Source of the DNA: Eledone cirrhosa
Lineage: Eukaryota
NCBI GenBank assembly: GCA_964016885.1
Contig: OZ024757.1
Span: forward strand, 40,796,001 to 40,860,000
Reading direction: 5' to 3'
Length of the DNA: 64,000 bases
Shown here: in pieces, positions 1 through 13,260 of the stretch
Layout of the letters: each line of letters opens with the position of its first letter
Numbering within the stretch: the first letter of the stretch is position 1
Translations under genes and position numbers: made by a program
Notes under the pieces: generated by a model
The model's input: the letters and a program-made list of their open reading frames with translations, nothing else
Database searches by the model: none
Told to the model about the DNA's origin: nothing

Positions 1-34
1 TATAAGATCAAAAGATGGTTAAAAGAGTTCCAAT

Positions 35-105
35 TATTTTATTATGCGCATTTCAAAAACAAATATCATCATGGGATGATATCTGCGTCCTCATCAGATA
101 AAATA
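35..105 (-). ncRNA. Type I hammerhead ribozyme motif with palindromic stem III
   Basis: Minus strand reads TATTTTAT-CTGATGA-GGACGCAGATATCATC-CCAT-GATGATATTTGTTTTT-GAAA-TGCGCA-TA-ATAAAATA. Stem I is a perfect 8 bp. Stem II is 16 bp with G·U pairs and one C·U. Stem III is the palindrome ATGCGCAT. Predicted cleavage is between 43 and 42. Confidence 0.8.
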
Positions 106-235
106 GGGAGACATGATATAAAGCTTAAAAAACACTTGTGAGCAGTGAAGTTTTAAATCAACATATATCAAACTGTAGAGTGCTACTTATCCGATATTTG
201 CATTGCTTTATTGTGCTGCAATAAAACTCACCTCC

Positions 236-366
<131 letters not shown>

Positions 367-371
367 ATATA

Positions 372-497
372 ACGTATGTTGATGCCCTAAGGTCAGACAC
401 TGGTCTGTTGGAGACGCAGGACATGGCAGCGATAATGAGGGACAGAGACCGCTGGAGAGAACTCGTCCATGGATCTCGGGAATTTTACCCGCCTTAG
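372..497 (+). mobile_element. RTE-clade LINE 3' fragment
   Basis: Translates [41 protein letters not shown], a typical RTE RT C-terminus. It is closely similar to 49485-49605. Confidence 0.75.
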
Positions 498-702
498 AAT
501 ATATATATATATATATATATATTACTCCTATATTTTCAAGGAATTCTGGTATTCTGGCCTAGTTTCGGAACTGGTAGAGGGATCGTTCCAGCATATACCC
601 AGGATTAATATATATATATTATCAAGTACTGATAAGTTTGAAAGTAGCGATGATACAACGCAGTAGAAATATATAAAAAGCAGAGAATGACAAATAAAAC
701 AA

Positions 703-748
703 TACAAAATAATATTTCGGGGTTTCAAGCCCCTTTTCAAATGTGATA
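703..748 (-). ncRNA. Degenerate hammerhead-like motif (U3-A8 core)
   Basis: Minus strand reads TATCACAT-TTGAAAA-GGGG-CTTGAAA-CCCC-GAAA-TA-TT-ATTTTGTA. Stem II is perfect. Stem I pairs at 6 of 8 positions. Confidence 0.4.
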
Positions 749-1377
749 CAGAAACTATACTACATTATAAAATCCATTTTATCAGAATTATTTTGTGAAT
801 ATCTCTCTCTATATAGGAAATTTTCCGACTATATACTTTTCAGTCGAGCCTCTTGTAAATGTAACGTTGAATTAGTTTTTGCCTGGATCAAACATAATTT
901 GCATAATGCAAAATATGTTCCAAGATTCATGAAAAAAAAAAGTTACATAATGCGTTTATGTGAATGCTATTTAAACTACATTTTATGCAACTACGGATAA
1001 TATCGATTTCACGTAATTATTCATAGAAGGAAATATTTTCCGGGTTTATATATAGATGCCTGAATCGATTATTAGTTAATGAGAGATATTTATACCGATA
1101 TCTAATATGTAAAGTGATCTCTGGTCTTAATTTGTACTATATATCACGTGATATTTAATGACTAAACATTACAGCTTCGAAAAGACTCTTCACAATTCTC
1201 GTCACATCTAGAAGCCAAGATAAATAAGGAATACTTATTCAAAATTTAAATTTTCTTTAGCATATTTCTAATTTTAAAATATACACATTGCCTATCATGT
1301 TTATATCATTTTGAAAATCTTCAATAATTATCTCTGATTTATGAATATAATTCTTTATTAATATAATGTAGTGTTTA

Positions 1378-1557
1378 TGCAGTATCGGAGCCGAGGAGCG
1401 TCGGAGAGAATGTTATGCGGTATTAAATAACGGTTCTTTACGTTCTGATTTCAAATCCCAGGGAGGTTAACTTTGCCTTTCATCCTTACGGGGTCGATAG
1501 AATAAAGTACCAGTAATACAATGAGATAGTTGCTGGCCTTGTGCCAAAAGTGGAAAT
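1378..1557 (+). mobile_element. tRNA-derived SINE family 1 (Nin/Deu-like central domain)
   Basis: B-box-like TTCAAATCC followed by AACTTTGCCTTTCATCCTTACGGGGTCGATA..AAAGTACCAG and the tail TTGCTGGCCTTGTGCCAAAAG. Many other copies occur in the window. Confidence 0.8.
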
Positions 1558-1607
1558 GATATACGTTGTAATGTAAATATGGACGTGATTTTTAATATCT
1601 ACTAAAA

Positions 1608-1940
<333 letters not shown>

Positions 1941-2007
1941 ATATGCACGCCTACACATACATATACATATGCACATATATATATACACGCCTACACATGC
2001 ACATATA

Positions 2008-2099
<92 letters not shown>

Positions 2100-2892
2100 A
2101 TATATATATATAATATGTATATACATACGCTGACAAATATATAAGTACATTTTTATATTATTAAAATGTATATTGCCTTACATATGGATGCATGTATATA
2201 TTTATATACACATATATATATATGTGCATATGCGCACACAAACAAATTTATACGCAGACATAAATACTCACACATATACACATATACACACACACACAGA
2301 CACACACACACACATATATGGACTGAGAATGGATGTTTCTTTTGTCAATTTATTAAAAGCATTTTAAGATCATTACTTTTGACAATGAAGCAACACAGAT
2401 ATAACAAAACTTTTATAGAGAGAAAGGTGCGTTTACGGCAAGGATTTTTCGGGGGGGGGGGGGGGTCTTGTTATCTCAATCTATTTCTATGTGTGTGGGG
2501 GTGGGTTGGGTGTGGCGTGGGGTGTGTGTGTGTAAGATTTTGTTATTTTATGACGCAGTGTTGACATATAGCTGTCAGTTTGTGAATTTATATTGGTATG
2601 AAAAATGAAATACGATGAGAGAAGAAGTCTCAAAGAAAAAAAAAACATATGAAGATAGATTGATAGAGAGAGAAAAAGAGAGAGAGGGGGTGGGGATACA
2701 GAGAGAAAGAGAGAGAGACTGATAAAGAGAGAGAGTGCTTGTGAGAAAAGATGAAGAGAGTGAGAGAACATGATGGAGATAGAAAAATAGAAATAATGAT
2801 GATGAGAGGGAGAGAATAAAAAGACGAAGAGAGAGAGGGGGAGCGGGAGAGAGAGAGGGGGAGATAAAATGGAAGGGAAAGAGATAAAGAAA

Positions 2893-2959
<67 letters not shown>

Positions 2960-3060
2960 AAGAAGAAGAAGAAGAAGAAGAAGAAGAAGAAGAAGAAGAA
3001 GAAGAAGAAGAAGAAGAAGAAGAAGAAGAAGAAGAAGAAGAAGAAGAAGAAGAAGAAGAA
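2893..3060. repeat. Compound (AAT)n/(GAA)n microsatellite
   Basis: Visible directly in the sequence. Confidence 0.95.
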
Positions 3061-3387
3061 TTAATAAATAACAATAAAAAATACAATTTGTTTTGTTGTA
3101 AGACAAATATTTTTTTTTTCTTCCAAACGTTATGAAAGTACATAAATGAAATATAGCCAGAAAAACTGCAAGATAGGGGACTCTGTGTTAGAAACAGTTA
3201 TAATATAGAAGTAGATGGTTTCGCCGTAACATTTGATTAAATAAGATAGTCTTAATAATGGGGCGTTTAAACCCACTATCTCTGGAAGAAACCTGCTGTA
3301 GTAACGCCTGGAGAAGGATGGGCTTGGTCAGGCTTTTAAAATTCCCAAGAAACGACGTATGTCAATATGGCTTCCCTACGATTCTAT

Positions 3388-4010
3388 CAGGAGTTACGTG
3401 ACCAGACATATAAGACTAAGGCGGGGAATTGGCAGAGAAGTTAGAAAGTCAGGAGTTACGTGACCAGACATATAAGACTAAGGCGGGGAATTGGCAGAGA
3501 AGTTAGAAAGTCAGGAGTTACGATACCAGACATATAAGACTAAGGCGGGGAATTGACAGAGTAGTTAGAAAGTCAGGAGTTATGAGACCAGACATATAAG
3601 ACTAAGGCGGGGAATTGGCAGAGAAGTTAGAAAGTCAGGAGTTACGTGACCAGACATATAAGACTAAGGCGGGGAATTGACAGAGTAGTTAGAAAGTCAG
3701 GAGTTACGAGACCAGACATATAAGACTAAGGCGGGGAATTGGCAGAGAAGTTAGAAAGTCAGGAGTTACGAGACCAGACATATAAGACTAAGGCGGGGAA
3801 TTGGCAGAGAAGTTAGAAAGTCAGGAGTTATGAGACCAGACATATAAGACTAAGGCGGGGAACTGGCAGAGTAGTTAGAAAGTCAGGAGTTACGAGACCA
3901 GACATATAAGACTAAGGCGGGGAATTGGCAGAGTAGTTAGAAAGTCAGGAGTTATGAGACCAGACATATAAGACTAAGGCGGGGAATTGACAGAGTAGTT
4001 AGAAAGTCAG
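3388..4010 (+). repeat. 62-bp tandem repeat, 10 copies, containing the SINE 5' head
   Basis: Unit CAGGAGTTACGTGACCAGACATATAAGACTAAGGCGGGGAATTGGCAGAGAAGTTAGAAAGT starts at 3388, 3450 and so on to 3946, with few substitutions. Confidence 0.95.
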
Positions 4011-4140
4011 AGAGAATATTTTGCAGTATTCAATCTGGCTCTCTTCTCTCTCAGTTCACATCCCGTCGAGGTCAACTTTGCCTTTCATCCTTTCGAAGAT
4101 GAGTCGATAAAAGTACCAGTCAAGTACTGGGGGTCGATTC
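3978..4140 (+). mobile_element. SINE family 1 copy
   Basis: GGCGGGGAATTGACAGAGTAGTTAG head continuing into GTCAACTTTGCCTTTCATCCTTTCG...GATAAAAGTACCAG...CTGGGGGTCGAT. Confidence 0.75.
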
Positions 4141-5309
4141 TTCCTCTATATCTCTTTCTCACTTACTCTCCCCAACTAAATCACTCCCTTTCACTAGAAT
4201 GTTTTCTCTTATCCAACCAACTTGGCCTAGATGGTAAAGCTTTGCACAGTATAACAATATACTAGTAGAGATTTCAACCTGCGCCAAGAATTATAACATA
4301 TGCTTCAGTTTATATACTTTATCACTTATAAATGTATCCTGAAATTGCTTCATGCACTAATCTGTATATTATTATCCTCGCATATTTACAAGCATTAATT
4401 TGAATTAAAACGAGAGCTTCATGTTTCGGTAGAAGGTAATTCGCACTGGGGGGTTTAAATATAATTACGAAGATGTGATAGGAGAAAAACAAGACGCAAT
4501 TACCGAAGTAATTCACTCAGAGGTAGAATAAATCATGTAGGGTGGGATTTGAATTGAATAAAAAAACCCACACACCCACACATAGAAACGCTCACTCACA
4601 CATACATACACACATACACACGCAGAAAACACAATTAAATTTATTACCTGCAATTTCTATTGGTTTACAAAGGGTGTAACCACATGGAATGAGAGGGAAT
4701 TGGTGCAAAGAATAATGGATTAGAGGGATTATAGAAAAGGTTATTTATTGATTCAAACCAATGAGGACTGGGAAGCTAGAATGAAGGGATTTATTGAAAC
4801 GATGTTGTCAGGGATTTTCGTAGATTACCCACTGTATTCATATATCGTAATGTAATCACTGCTCCTACCACTGGGTATAGGAGGACTGAGATAGGAATTA
4901 ATCTAGATCAATGGGTGGAGATACCCGGTAGTGTTTACTTTGATTGAAGGATTAAATCTTAAGATAACTCTGGTGTGGAGAGATTTTGTCAATATACGGT
5001 ATTTATAAGGTATATTGTGAAGGTGAAGATGGTGGTGGAGGTAATGGCTAAGGTGGAGGTGATGGGGGAGGTGATGATGACGGTAGAGGTGATGTTGAAG
5101 GTGGGGGTGAAGTTAAGGGTGGTGGTGAGGTTGGAGGTGCGGTTGGAGGTGACGTTTTCCGTTTTGCCTTGTTTTCAATCTTTGTCTTGTCTTCTCTTTG
5201 TTAATTATTCTACTACCCAGGGTATCGAGTACTCTCTTGAGTATTGGTCAAACCTGTTTCAAACTGAATCCATACTGATTATATATATATAATTATATAT
5301 ATATATATA

Positions 5310-5452
5310 CGGTTTTATTTCTTATTCTTCTTCTCGTGAAGGACTTGCGTCCGAAACGTTAAGACCCTCTTCCTGCTATATCAAGTGTTAACCTAATATA
5401 TACCTTCCATATACTGTACCGATTGTGTTGTTATTTCTGTTTATCTGTTACA
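5310..5452 (+). mobile_element. HHR-carrying short element family A, copy with a mutated core
   Basis: Homologous to 27140-27277. The core reads CTCGTGA instead of CTGATGA (motif 5329-5364). Confidence 0.75.
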
Positions 5453-5599
5453 TATATATATATATATAGACACATATATCCAGGAAGTGTAACTCAATGT
5501 TTAGATTCACGTCCCTAACGAGGTGTAGAGTTAGACAAAGTGTAAATATGATAATAAAAGGACGATTTGTTATGTCTTCATTAATGCTAATGATTAGTG

Positions 5600-5698
5600 A
5601 CGCGCGTTTCGCTATTGATCAGCTCAAGGTTCGATATGTATTGATCTGGCCAGACTCTGCAATGAAATGATCGTCGGATCTCCGCTGTGGTAATGACA

Positions 5699-5702
<4 letters not shown>
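5600..5702 (+). repeat. Short dispersed repeat family E
   Basis: GTTCGAT.TGTAT.GATCT.GCC.GACTCTG.AAT..AA...TCGTCGGA recurs at 48978-49055 and, diverged, at 42565-42635. Confidence 0.6.
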
Positions 5703-5769
<67 letters not shown>

Positions 5770-5777
5770 AATGTATT

Positions 5778-5996
5778 CAGGCATTGCTTTATATCTGGAG
5801 ATCTCTCTGCACTTGTCATCACACGCTACCATGGGCCCAGCACTATGTGTCAATAATTGTCACAAGTGTAGTGATTGTACCAGAGTTTTCAAGTCGCTGG
5901 CTGGACTAAAAAGTCACACTTGTTCAGCGCATCGGTAGGGGTTCTCCTACATGGATATAAAGTAGTAGCCGTACTCGAAAACGAGTTGGCAGCCAC

Positions 5997-6000
<4 letters not shown>
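5778..6000 (+). mobile_element. 3' part of an RTE-5'UTR-like non-autonomous repeat
   Basis: About 220 bp highly similar to 42129-42351. Both copies end at GGCAGCCACCA next to (TA)n. Confidence 0.75.
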
Positions 6001-6074
<74 letters not shown>

Positions 6075-6844
6075 GAAAGATATATATATATATACGTGTG
6101 TGTACACCAAAAGTTGCCAACACGATGAAGATTCGACGTGATAGTTCGAAAATTTCTGAACACTCTTTAGTAGAGTGGAAACGATTTACTTAAATAGTTT
6201 CACTAAGCGTAAAAACACTAAAGCTAGCTGCTAGCATCTCAGAAGAATACCGAGGAATTTCTAGCGGATAGTTTTGTTTCTTTCAATCGTTTTACCTTTA
6301 TACATATATATATATATTTTTTGTTTTTTTTTGTTTTAACTTTGTCAAATGATGCGTACCTGGATTAAAAGAACTGTGAAATAAAGCAATGCAAATAAAG
6401 AGTTTAATAATTAATGTAATCTATAAAATACACGCAGAAAACTACGAATAATTCACGGCTCAATGGTAAAGTCTTGTTTCTTATTTGTACTGTATACATG
6501 TAAGTGTTGGTGTGTATATAGATTCATATACACCAAATACACACATACAGATAGATATATGATAAGTATAAATATATATAATGTATGTATATGTATGTGT
6601 ATATTTATATATATGTATATATATATATATGTATTCATATATATAGATAGATATATGATATATGATATATATATAAAGATTAATTGATGATGTAAGCGCT
6701 CCTTGTTTTTGTTTCATATATATATATGTATGTATGTATATATATATATACATATATAATTTATATTTCATAACATCATATGTGATGTGTATATAATACA
6801 ATATTATATATGTATGTAAGATGTATATATATTAACGTATATAC

Positions 6845-6887
<43 letters not shown>

Positions 6888-7054
6888 GCGCTCGCGCGCG
6901 TGTGTGTGTATTTGAGGCGTTGTAATTGAACGGTATCAAATAACATTATTGAACGCACCATCTAATTTATGCAGTTGCTTAGCAAAGTACAGGCGAATTA
7001 TTACAGGGTCAGTTGAAATGTATGAACGATACACAAACACACGTGTGTGTGTGT

Positions 7055-7108
<54 letters not shown>

Positions 7109-7367
7109 GTGTGTATGTATGTGTGTGTGTCGGTGCCTGTGTGTGTGTATGTGTGTGTATGTGTATGCGTGTGAGAGAGAGGTAGAGAGAGACTGTATGT
7201 GTGTCCTTATATAAGTCAAGAGATTTTTAATTTGCGATGAAACAAAATATTTATAAAAGAACAGTCCCATCAAAGGCTGAATATACATACACACACGCAT
7301 ATATAATTAGATATACATATATAATATAAGCATATATACCTACACACGCACACACACACACACACAC

Positions 7368-7405
<38 letters not shown>

Positions 7406-8632
7406 GGACACGCGCATTCATATATACTCTCACACAAACACACAGTACACACACACATATATATATATATATATGAGTGTGTGTGTATGTGTGTGGGTGT
7501 GGGTGTGGGTGGGTGTAGACAGTGCGAGAGAGATAGTATTTAAGTGGAGAGAGAAGGAGAGAGACTGTATGTGCTTGAGAGAGAGAGAGAAAGAGTGAGA
7601 GAGAGAGAATGAGAGAGAGTGTGTGTGTGTTTGAGAGAGAGAAAGAGAGAGGGTGTGTGTGTGGAGTGAGAGAGAGAGTATGTGTATGTGGAGAGAGAGA
7701 TAGTAAGGTAGACAGAGAGATGTCTATAAGTATTTCATATCAACGCACTCATGGACTGAGCTTGAATTATTAAACAATGAACTCTTCCTTATCTTTCACA
7801 CTTCTCCCCCTTTTAGTCTTTACCTCCTTGCCATTTCTCTATCTCTTACTCTCTACCTCTCTCCCTTCCCTCTCTTCCCTCTCTTCCCAATCTTCCCCCC
7901 TCTCTATCTGCCTTTCTCGTCCACTCTCTATCTCTCCCTATTCTTCTCTCACTCCGTCTAAATATACGTATGTGTATATCTGTCTACCTGAATGTATGAA
8001 ACGTTTATATGCGGTGTGTGTGGAATAGATATATTACAAAATAAAATTAGATAGTAACCTATGTTGAATAAATACTTCCAAACGTTAGCACTCCATATAG
8101 AAATTTCCTGTAAAGAAAACTAGATTAACTGTACAAGATTTATTAATAGCAAGATGCAAACCGAAAAATCAATATACAGGTAGAACACATAAGAGATAAA
8201 TTATGGTAGGAATAGAGAGGCAACAGCTAAACAATTTGAAATCCTTCCATTACGGTTTTATTAGTTATAACATCACTATTATTATGCCTGACAGCTAACT
8301 GCCTACTACATAATATACGTGTTCCCGACACGCATCTACCCCTCACTTCGTTCAGAAGATGGGACAAGGAAGCACTTGAAATTCTAATAGTCTTGAAATC
8401 GTTATTGCTTCAGAAGAAATATATAATATACTAGGCAGGCAATTATTTTACTTGCTTCTGACATTCGCCAGTCACAATGCTAGGGCGCCTTCCTTGAAGG
8501 TCATATCAACTGCTCACTATATATTTATTCAGCTCTCATTTCATTGTTCTCATTTTGTCGAACTTCTATTTTACAAGACAGAATCATAGAGTGTACTAAA
8601 TTCGCAGACACACACAGGCACACACACATATA

Positions 8633-8674
<42 letters not shown>

Positions 8675-8778
8675 TATATATCCTAACCCTAACCCTATCC
8701 AACCAAACAGTGAGTGTGTTCTGTTATTATTTCTGGCAATATTACAACAATATGACCCTCCCCAAGTATAACAATATT

Positions 8779-8828
<50 letters not shown>

Positions 8829-8939
8829 TACAAGAGGAAAGCACACACGGGGGATATTTCCCATCATCAGTTGTCTGCTGGAGATTATGGACATATACTC
8901 CTATATACATGTATGCACAGAAACTGTCCAGACATTCTT

Positions 8940-9135
8940 CAACCTTGCTATGGACTGGCGTCCTATCCAGATGCACACATTGTACTATCAGTTGCTCAAT
9001 GCTGTAGAAACTGTGATATGCACCAGCCTGATGATCCTCCGAAAGCGATTGACTGGTGCCCTGTCCAGGGGGTTGAGTTTTACTCTCTGTCGCTTCACGC
9101 CACGGACACCGGGACAAGCTCCGTCCTGATGAGCT
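8940..9135 (+). mobile_element. Two partial SINE central domains (Meta/V-domain-like)
   Basis: GCTATGGACTGGCGTCCTATCCAG and GACTGGTGCCCTGTCCAGGGGG...GTCGCTTCACGCCACGGACACCGGGACAAGCTCCGTCCTGATG resemble the recalled metazoan SINE domain consensus. Confidence 0.5.
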
Positions 9136-9912
9136 TCCCAAATCGAGACAGACTTCAACCCTCTGATGGGGAAGCATGCTGTCCAGTGGGGTGTACCCTG
9201 ATATTTTATTAACCTGTCCTAATATTTCGGGTCAAAAACCCTTTGTTAGAAGACTAAATTGAAAAAGTGGCTCAGAATTTGTGTTTTCGTAGTTATAATG
9301 ACTTTAAAATCCCTGCATTGAACTATCACTTCACGCCATGAAAACCCGGATATGCCCCGCCCTGAACAGATTCCGAAATCACAACACATTTTAAACTTTT
9401 TGAGTTTTAGACGTTCACATATTTAGATTTTCCATATTAGTTCTAAAATGTAATGGTTTCTAAATATACCATTATATCGTTTTTGGCGACTCTGTTATCT
9501 AATTTGGTTATTCTAGTACCAGTATAAACTAAATAAAGCTTCAATTCTCAACGGCGTGAGTAAAAAGTCCTGAACTCCGTAAGTTAAATATAAGATGTTT
9601 GTTAAACGCTACTAAATCGTTCAATAACACACTTAAAGATTGTTAGAACGAAACCTTCTAATGTCGGGAAACTTTTTACAAGTTGCTGTAGATTTAATCA
9701 TCAATTTTATTCTTCTTCGTCTACTTCTTTGAATTTTTATTATTTTTGTTGTTGCTGTTGCGGAATCTACTGTGAACCGGGTATGTATATATATATGAGT
9801 GTGCGTTTGTGTATGTGTGTGTCTGTGTACACATACACATATATATAGATAGATAGATAGATATAGATATGTCCATATATATATATATATATATGTGTGT
9901 ATATATATGTCC

Positions 9913-9944
<32 letters not shown>

Positions 9945-10098
9945 AAATATGTCCATATATATATATGTGTGTATATATATGTCCATATATATATATATAT
10001 GTGTGTGTGTATGTATATATATATGCATATATATATATATGTGAGTGTGTGTGTGTATGTATATATGTATATATGTACATAAATGTATACGTGTCCAT

Positions 10099-10130
<32 letters not shown>

Positions 10131-10406
10131 TTATATACATATATCATTTTTACTTTCACGACATTGATAGGTTTGCCAAAAACTATGGAAACTTGTTAAA
10201 TAACTAACAACAAAACTAAACAAAGCAGTAAAAATACTTTTAAATATCCGAATATTCCGAATAGTTAGAATACATATTACGTTAACGAAAGGAAATTTAA
10301 TTAACGTCGAATATGAAAGAGGCGATGATTCCTTTGCGAGAGAATATATAAAGAGATGTATATATAAAGAGATGTATAAATAAAGATATATATATATATA
10401 TAAAGA

Positions 10407-10467
<61 letters not shown>

Positions 10468-10468
10468 A

Positions 10469-10523
<55 letters not shown>

Positions 10524-10962
10524 AGGGAGAGAGAGAAACAGAACGACGTGTTTGTATGTCTGTGTGTATCATTTTACAGAATTTTCCACAGTTTGTTACA
10601 CTTGTCTTTAAAATTAAATTACAGGAAGAAAATAGGAGAGATAGACATATAGAAATAAAATATATGAGAGACGATTCCAACATATTTCTACCATTTCCAA
10701 GCGATAAGCAAATAAGTAGCCATTTAAATGTTCTTTGCAAATGACTACCTTTCTATATCTATCCTTTCCACACTAATCTATCATCCGCCAACTAAATTCC
10801 TTTTAGAACATTTCAAGAGTCTTACTCAGTTGAGTAAAGAAAAATACAGAATTCCGCTCCATGCGTGTGTCTGCGTATTTGTGTGTGAATGTGTCTGTGT
10901 GTGTGTCTGTGTATGCGTGTAACTGCGTGTGTATGTGTACTCATACTCACGCATACACACAA

Positions 10963-11011
<49 letters not shown>

Positions 11012-11063
11012 CATTATATACACACACATATATACGAACATATATATATACACATATATGTAT

Positions 11064-11133
<70 letters not shown>

Positions 11134-11151
11134 GCATATATATACACACAG

Positions 11152-11188
<37 letters not shown>

Positions 11189-11356
11189 CATATATATATA
11201 TGTATATATATATATCTGTGTGTGTGTATATTTGTGCCTATCCGATTGTCTATATGTCTATATATGCGTATATATGTTTATATATGTATATGTGATTATA
11301 TATTTATGTATATGCCTTTATATATTAATGTATATGTGTATATATATATATATATA

Positions 11357-11495
11357 CCGAAGGAATTGTGGTGAGGAACCAGATGGCCCATAACGCACCA
11401 GAGTACTCAATACTTAGGGTAGTAGAGTGGGTAATAGGAAACAGTATGACCCTGACAGCAGAGCTCAAGCCGTTTTGACAGTTATTTCTGGTCCC
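11357..11495 (+). mobile_element. (TA)n-inserted short element family D, single-arm form
   Basis: CGAAGGAATTGTGGTGAGGAACCAG...GTACTCAATACTTAGGGTAGTAGAG...GAGCTCAAGCCGTT; at least 8 copies in the window. Confidence 0.8.
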
Positions 11496-11834
11496 GAAAT
11501 GTGTGTATATATGTATATATATATATATGTGTGTGTATGCCTGGTGGTGAGTTCGTTTTAAGTGAGACAAAGTTAAAATAGTATTTTGACTGCTAGCTAT
11601 TTCTATCATGACCTTTAATATAAACATTGTTAAACTGTCGCCTCCGGTGCTAAACCATTTACAATTTCAGTACATTTATTAAGTCTTTGCTATTTTTGTC
11701 CATTTAGAATTATTATAGTTATAATAACATCATTAATGTAGGACAAATAAAGAATAAGGGTAATTTTATTAAATTTAGCTGCCGATAATACACTGGAATG
11801 GTGTGTAGGTGAGAATTTGTGAATCTGTGTTATA

Positions 11835-12155
11835 ATCATCATCATCAAGTCGAGCTTGCTCGGCTTTCTACGACACGTTTCCTCCATCCATCTCTGTCTC
11901 TCATAGAGTTTGCCAGTTCTTCCGCAGTGCATCCAGTAAAGTCCTCAAGTTGCTTCACGTAAGTCTTCTTGGGACGACCAGCGTTTCATGCTCCATGAGA
12001 TGGGCTCCATAACAACACATCACCTGCTATTTCTTCCTTGCTGCGCCAACAGTGGCCAGCAAATCTGAGTCTCTGTCCACGTATTGACCTGCTGATAGGT
12101 GGTATATTGCCATAGAGATCCTTATTTGTTGGGTGCTCCCTCCAAGACACGTTTA
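11835..12155 (-). mobile_element. RTE-clade LINE 3' fragment with (GAT)n tail
   Basis: Minus strand translates VSWREHPTNKDLYGNIPPISRSIRGQRLRFAGHCWRSKEE...LLWSPSHGA*NAGRPKKTYVKQLEDFTG...MRDRDGWRKRV, with an in-frame stop. Confidence 0.8.
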
Positions 12156-12252
12156 AAGCAGCGTTATAATGGTTCTAGAGTATTTGTCTGTACGTCTGTC
12201 ACACTGTCACTTAAGGACGCCACAAGTCACAATCTCATAAAAATGGTCACAA

Positions 12253-12498
<246 letters not shown>

Positions 12499-12590
12499 TT
12501 AGAATTGGTGCTCTGAAATATATAGGTATATATTTATAGATATACATACACCAGAAAAGTTATAAATACCACCATATTACATGGACAGTC

Positions 12591-12640
12591 GGCTTCCTAA
12601 TGATTCTCCCGAATGAAACAGCTCTAGTCCTGTAGAAGCC
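12591..12640 (+). ncRNA. Hammerhead family G, copy with a G5>A mutation
   Basis: GGCTTC-CTAATGA-TTCTCCCGAAT-GAAA-CAG-CTCTAGTC-CTG-TA-GAAGCC. Confidence 0.55.
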
Positions 12641-12782
12641 ATTTCTCTATTAAATATATATATATATATATATTTAATATAGAAATGGCTTCTACAGGAC
12701 CAGATCAGTTTTATTCGGTAGAAATCACCATCTGTACATACACCCGAAAAGGTATAAATACCACCATATTATTTGGACATTC

Positions 12783-12833
12783 GGCTTCCTGATGATTTCT
12801 ACCGAATGAAACAGTTTTAGTCTTGTAGAAGCT
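12783..12833 (+). ncRNA. Type I hammerhead ribozyme, family G (intact core)
   Basis: GGCTTC-CTGATGA-T-TTC-TACC-GAA-T-GAAA-CAG-TTTTAGTC-TTG-TA-GAAGCT. Stems I, II and III all form. Cleavage is predicted after 12827 (GUA). Confidence 0.75.
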
Positions 12834-12842
12834 TTTTTATAT

Positions 12843-12916
<74 letters not shown>

Positions 12917-13109
12917 TTATATATATGTAAGTGGGTACATAAATATATGTGTGTGTCTGGGTGTTTACGAACGTACACTATACACTATATCGATTTTCAC
13001 CCCAACACCGTATATAAGAATTTAAACAAATGCCCAAGCCCTGCTTATTCTAACTTAAAAAGACAAAAATCCCAAATCAATCAAAGATCATCACCGGCTT
13101 TTATTTTGT

Positions 13110-13260
13110 CAATGCATCCCTTCGAGTCCAAGTACAGCCACTTGTTTTTGCAACGTGAAACAAAATTTTCTGTTTAATGGTACATACAGCACGCCACATG
13201 GAATCAAAACCAAGCCTTTACAATCATGAACCAAACAACCTATCCACTAAGACACTCGCT
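13110..13260 (-). mobile_element. Degenerate tRNA-derived SINE
   Basis: The minus-strand head GTGTCTTAGTGGATAGG...GGTTTTGATTCC resembles A and B boxes. Confidence 0.4.

Noticed and set aside
3388-4010. CRISPR-like array
   Set aside because: The units are contiguous with no unique spacers, the context is eukaryotic and there are no cas genes.
4975-5292. Val/Glu-rich 105-aa ORF
   Set aside because: It is driven by a degenerate G/T-rich low-complexity repeat and runs into a repeat fragment.
8682-8697. CCTAACCCTAACCCTA telomere-like repeat
   Set aside because: Only about 2.5 units, which is expected by chance or slippage.
9120-9155. CTGATGAGC...GAGAC hammerhead-like string (also 9028-9045)
   Set aside because: Stems I and II do not form; the CCTGATG belongs to the SINE domain.
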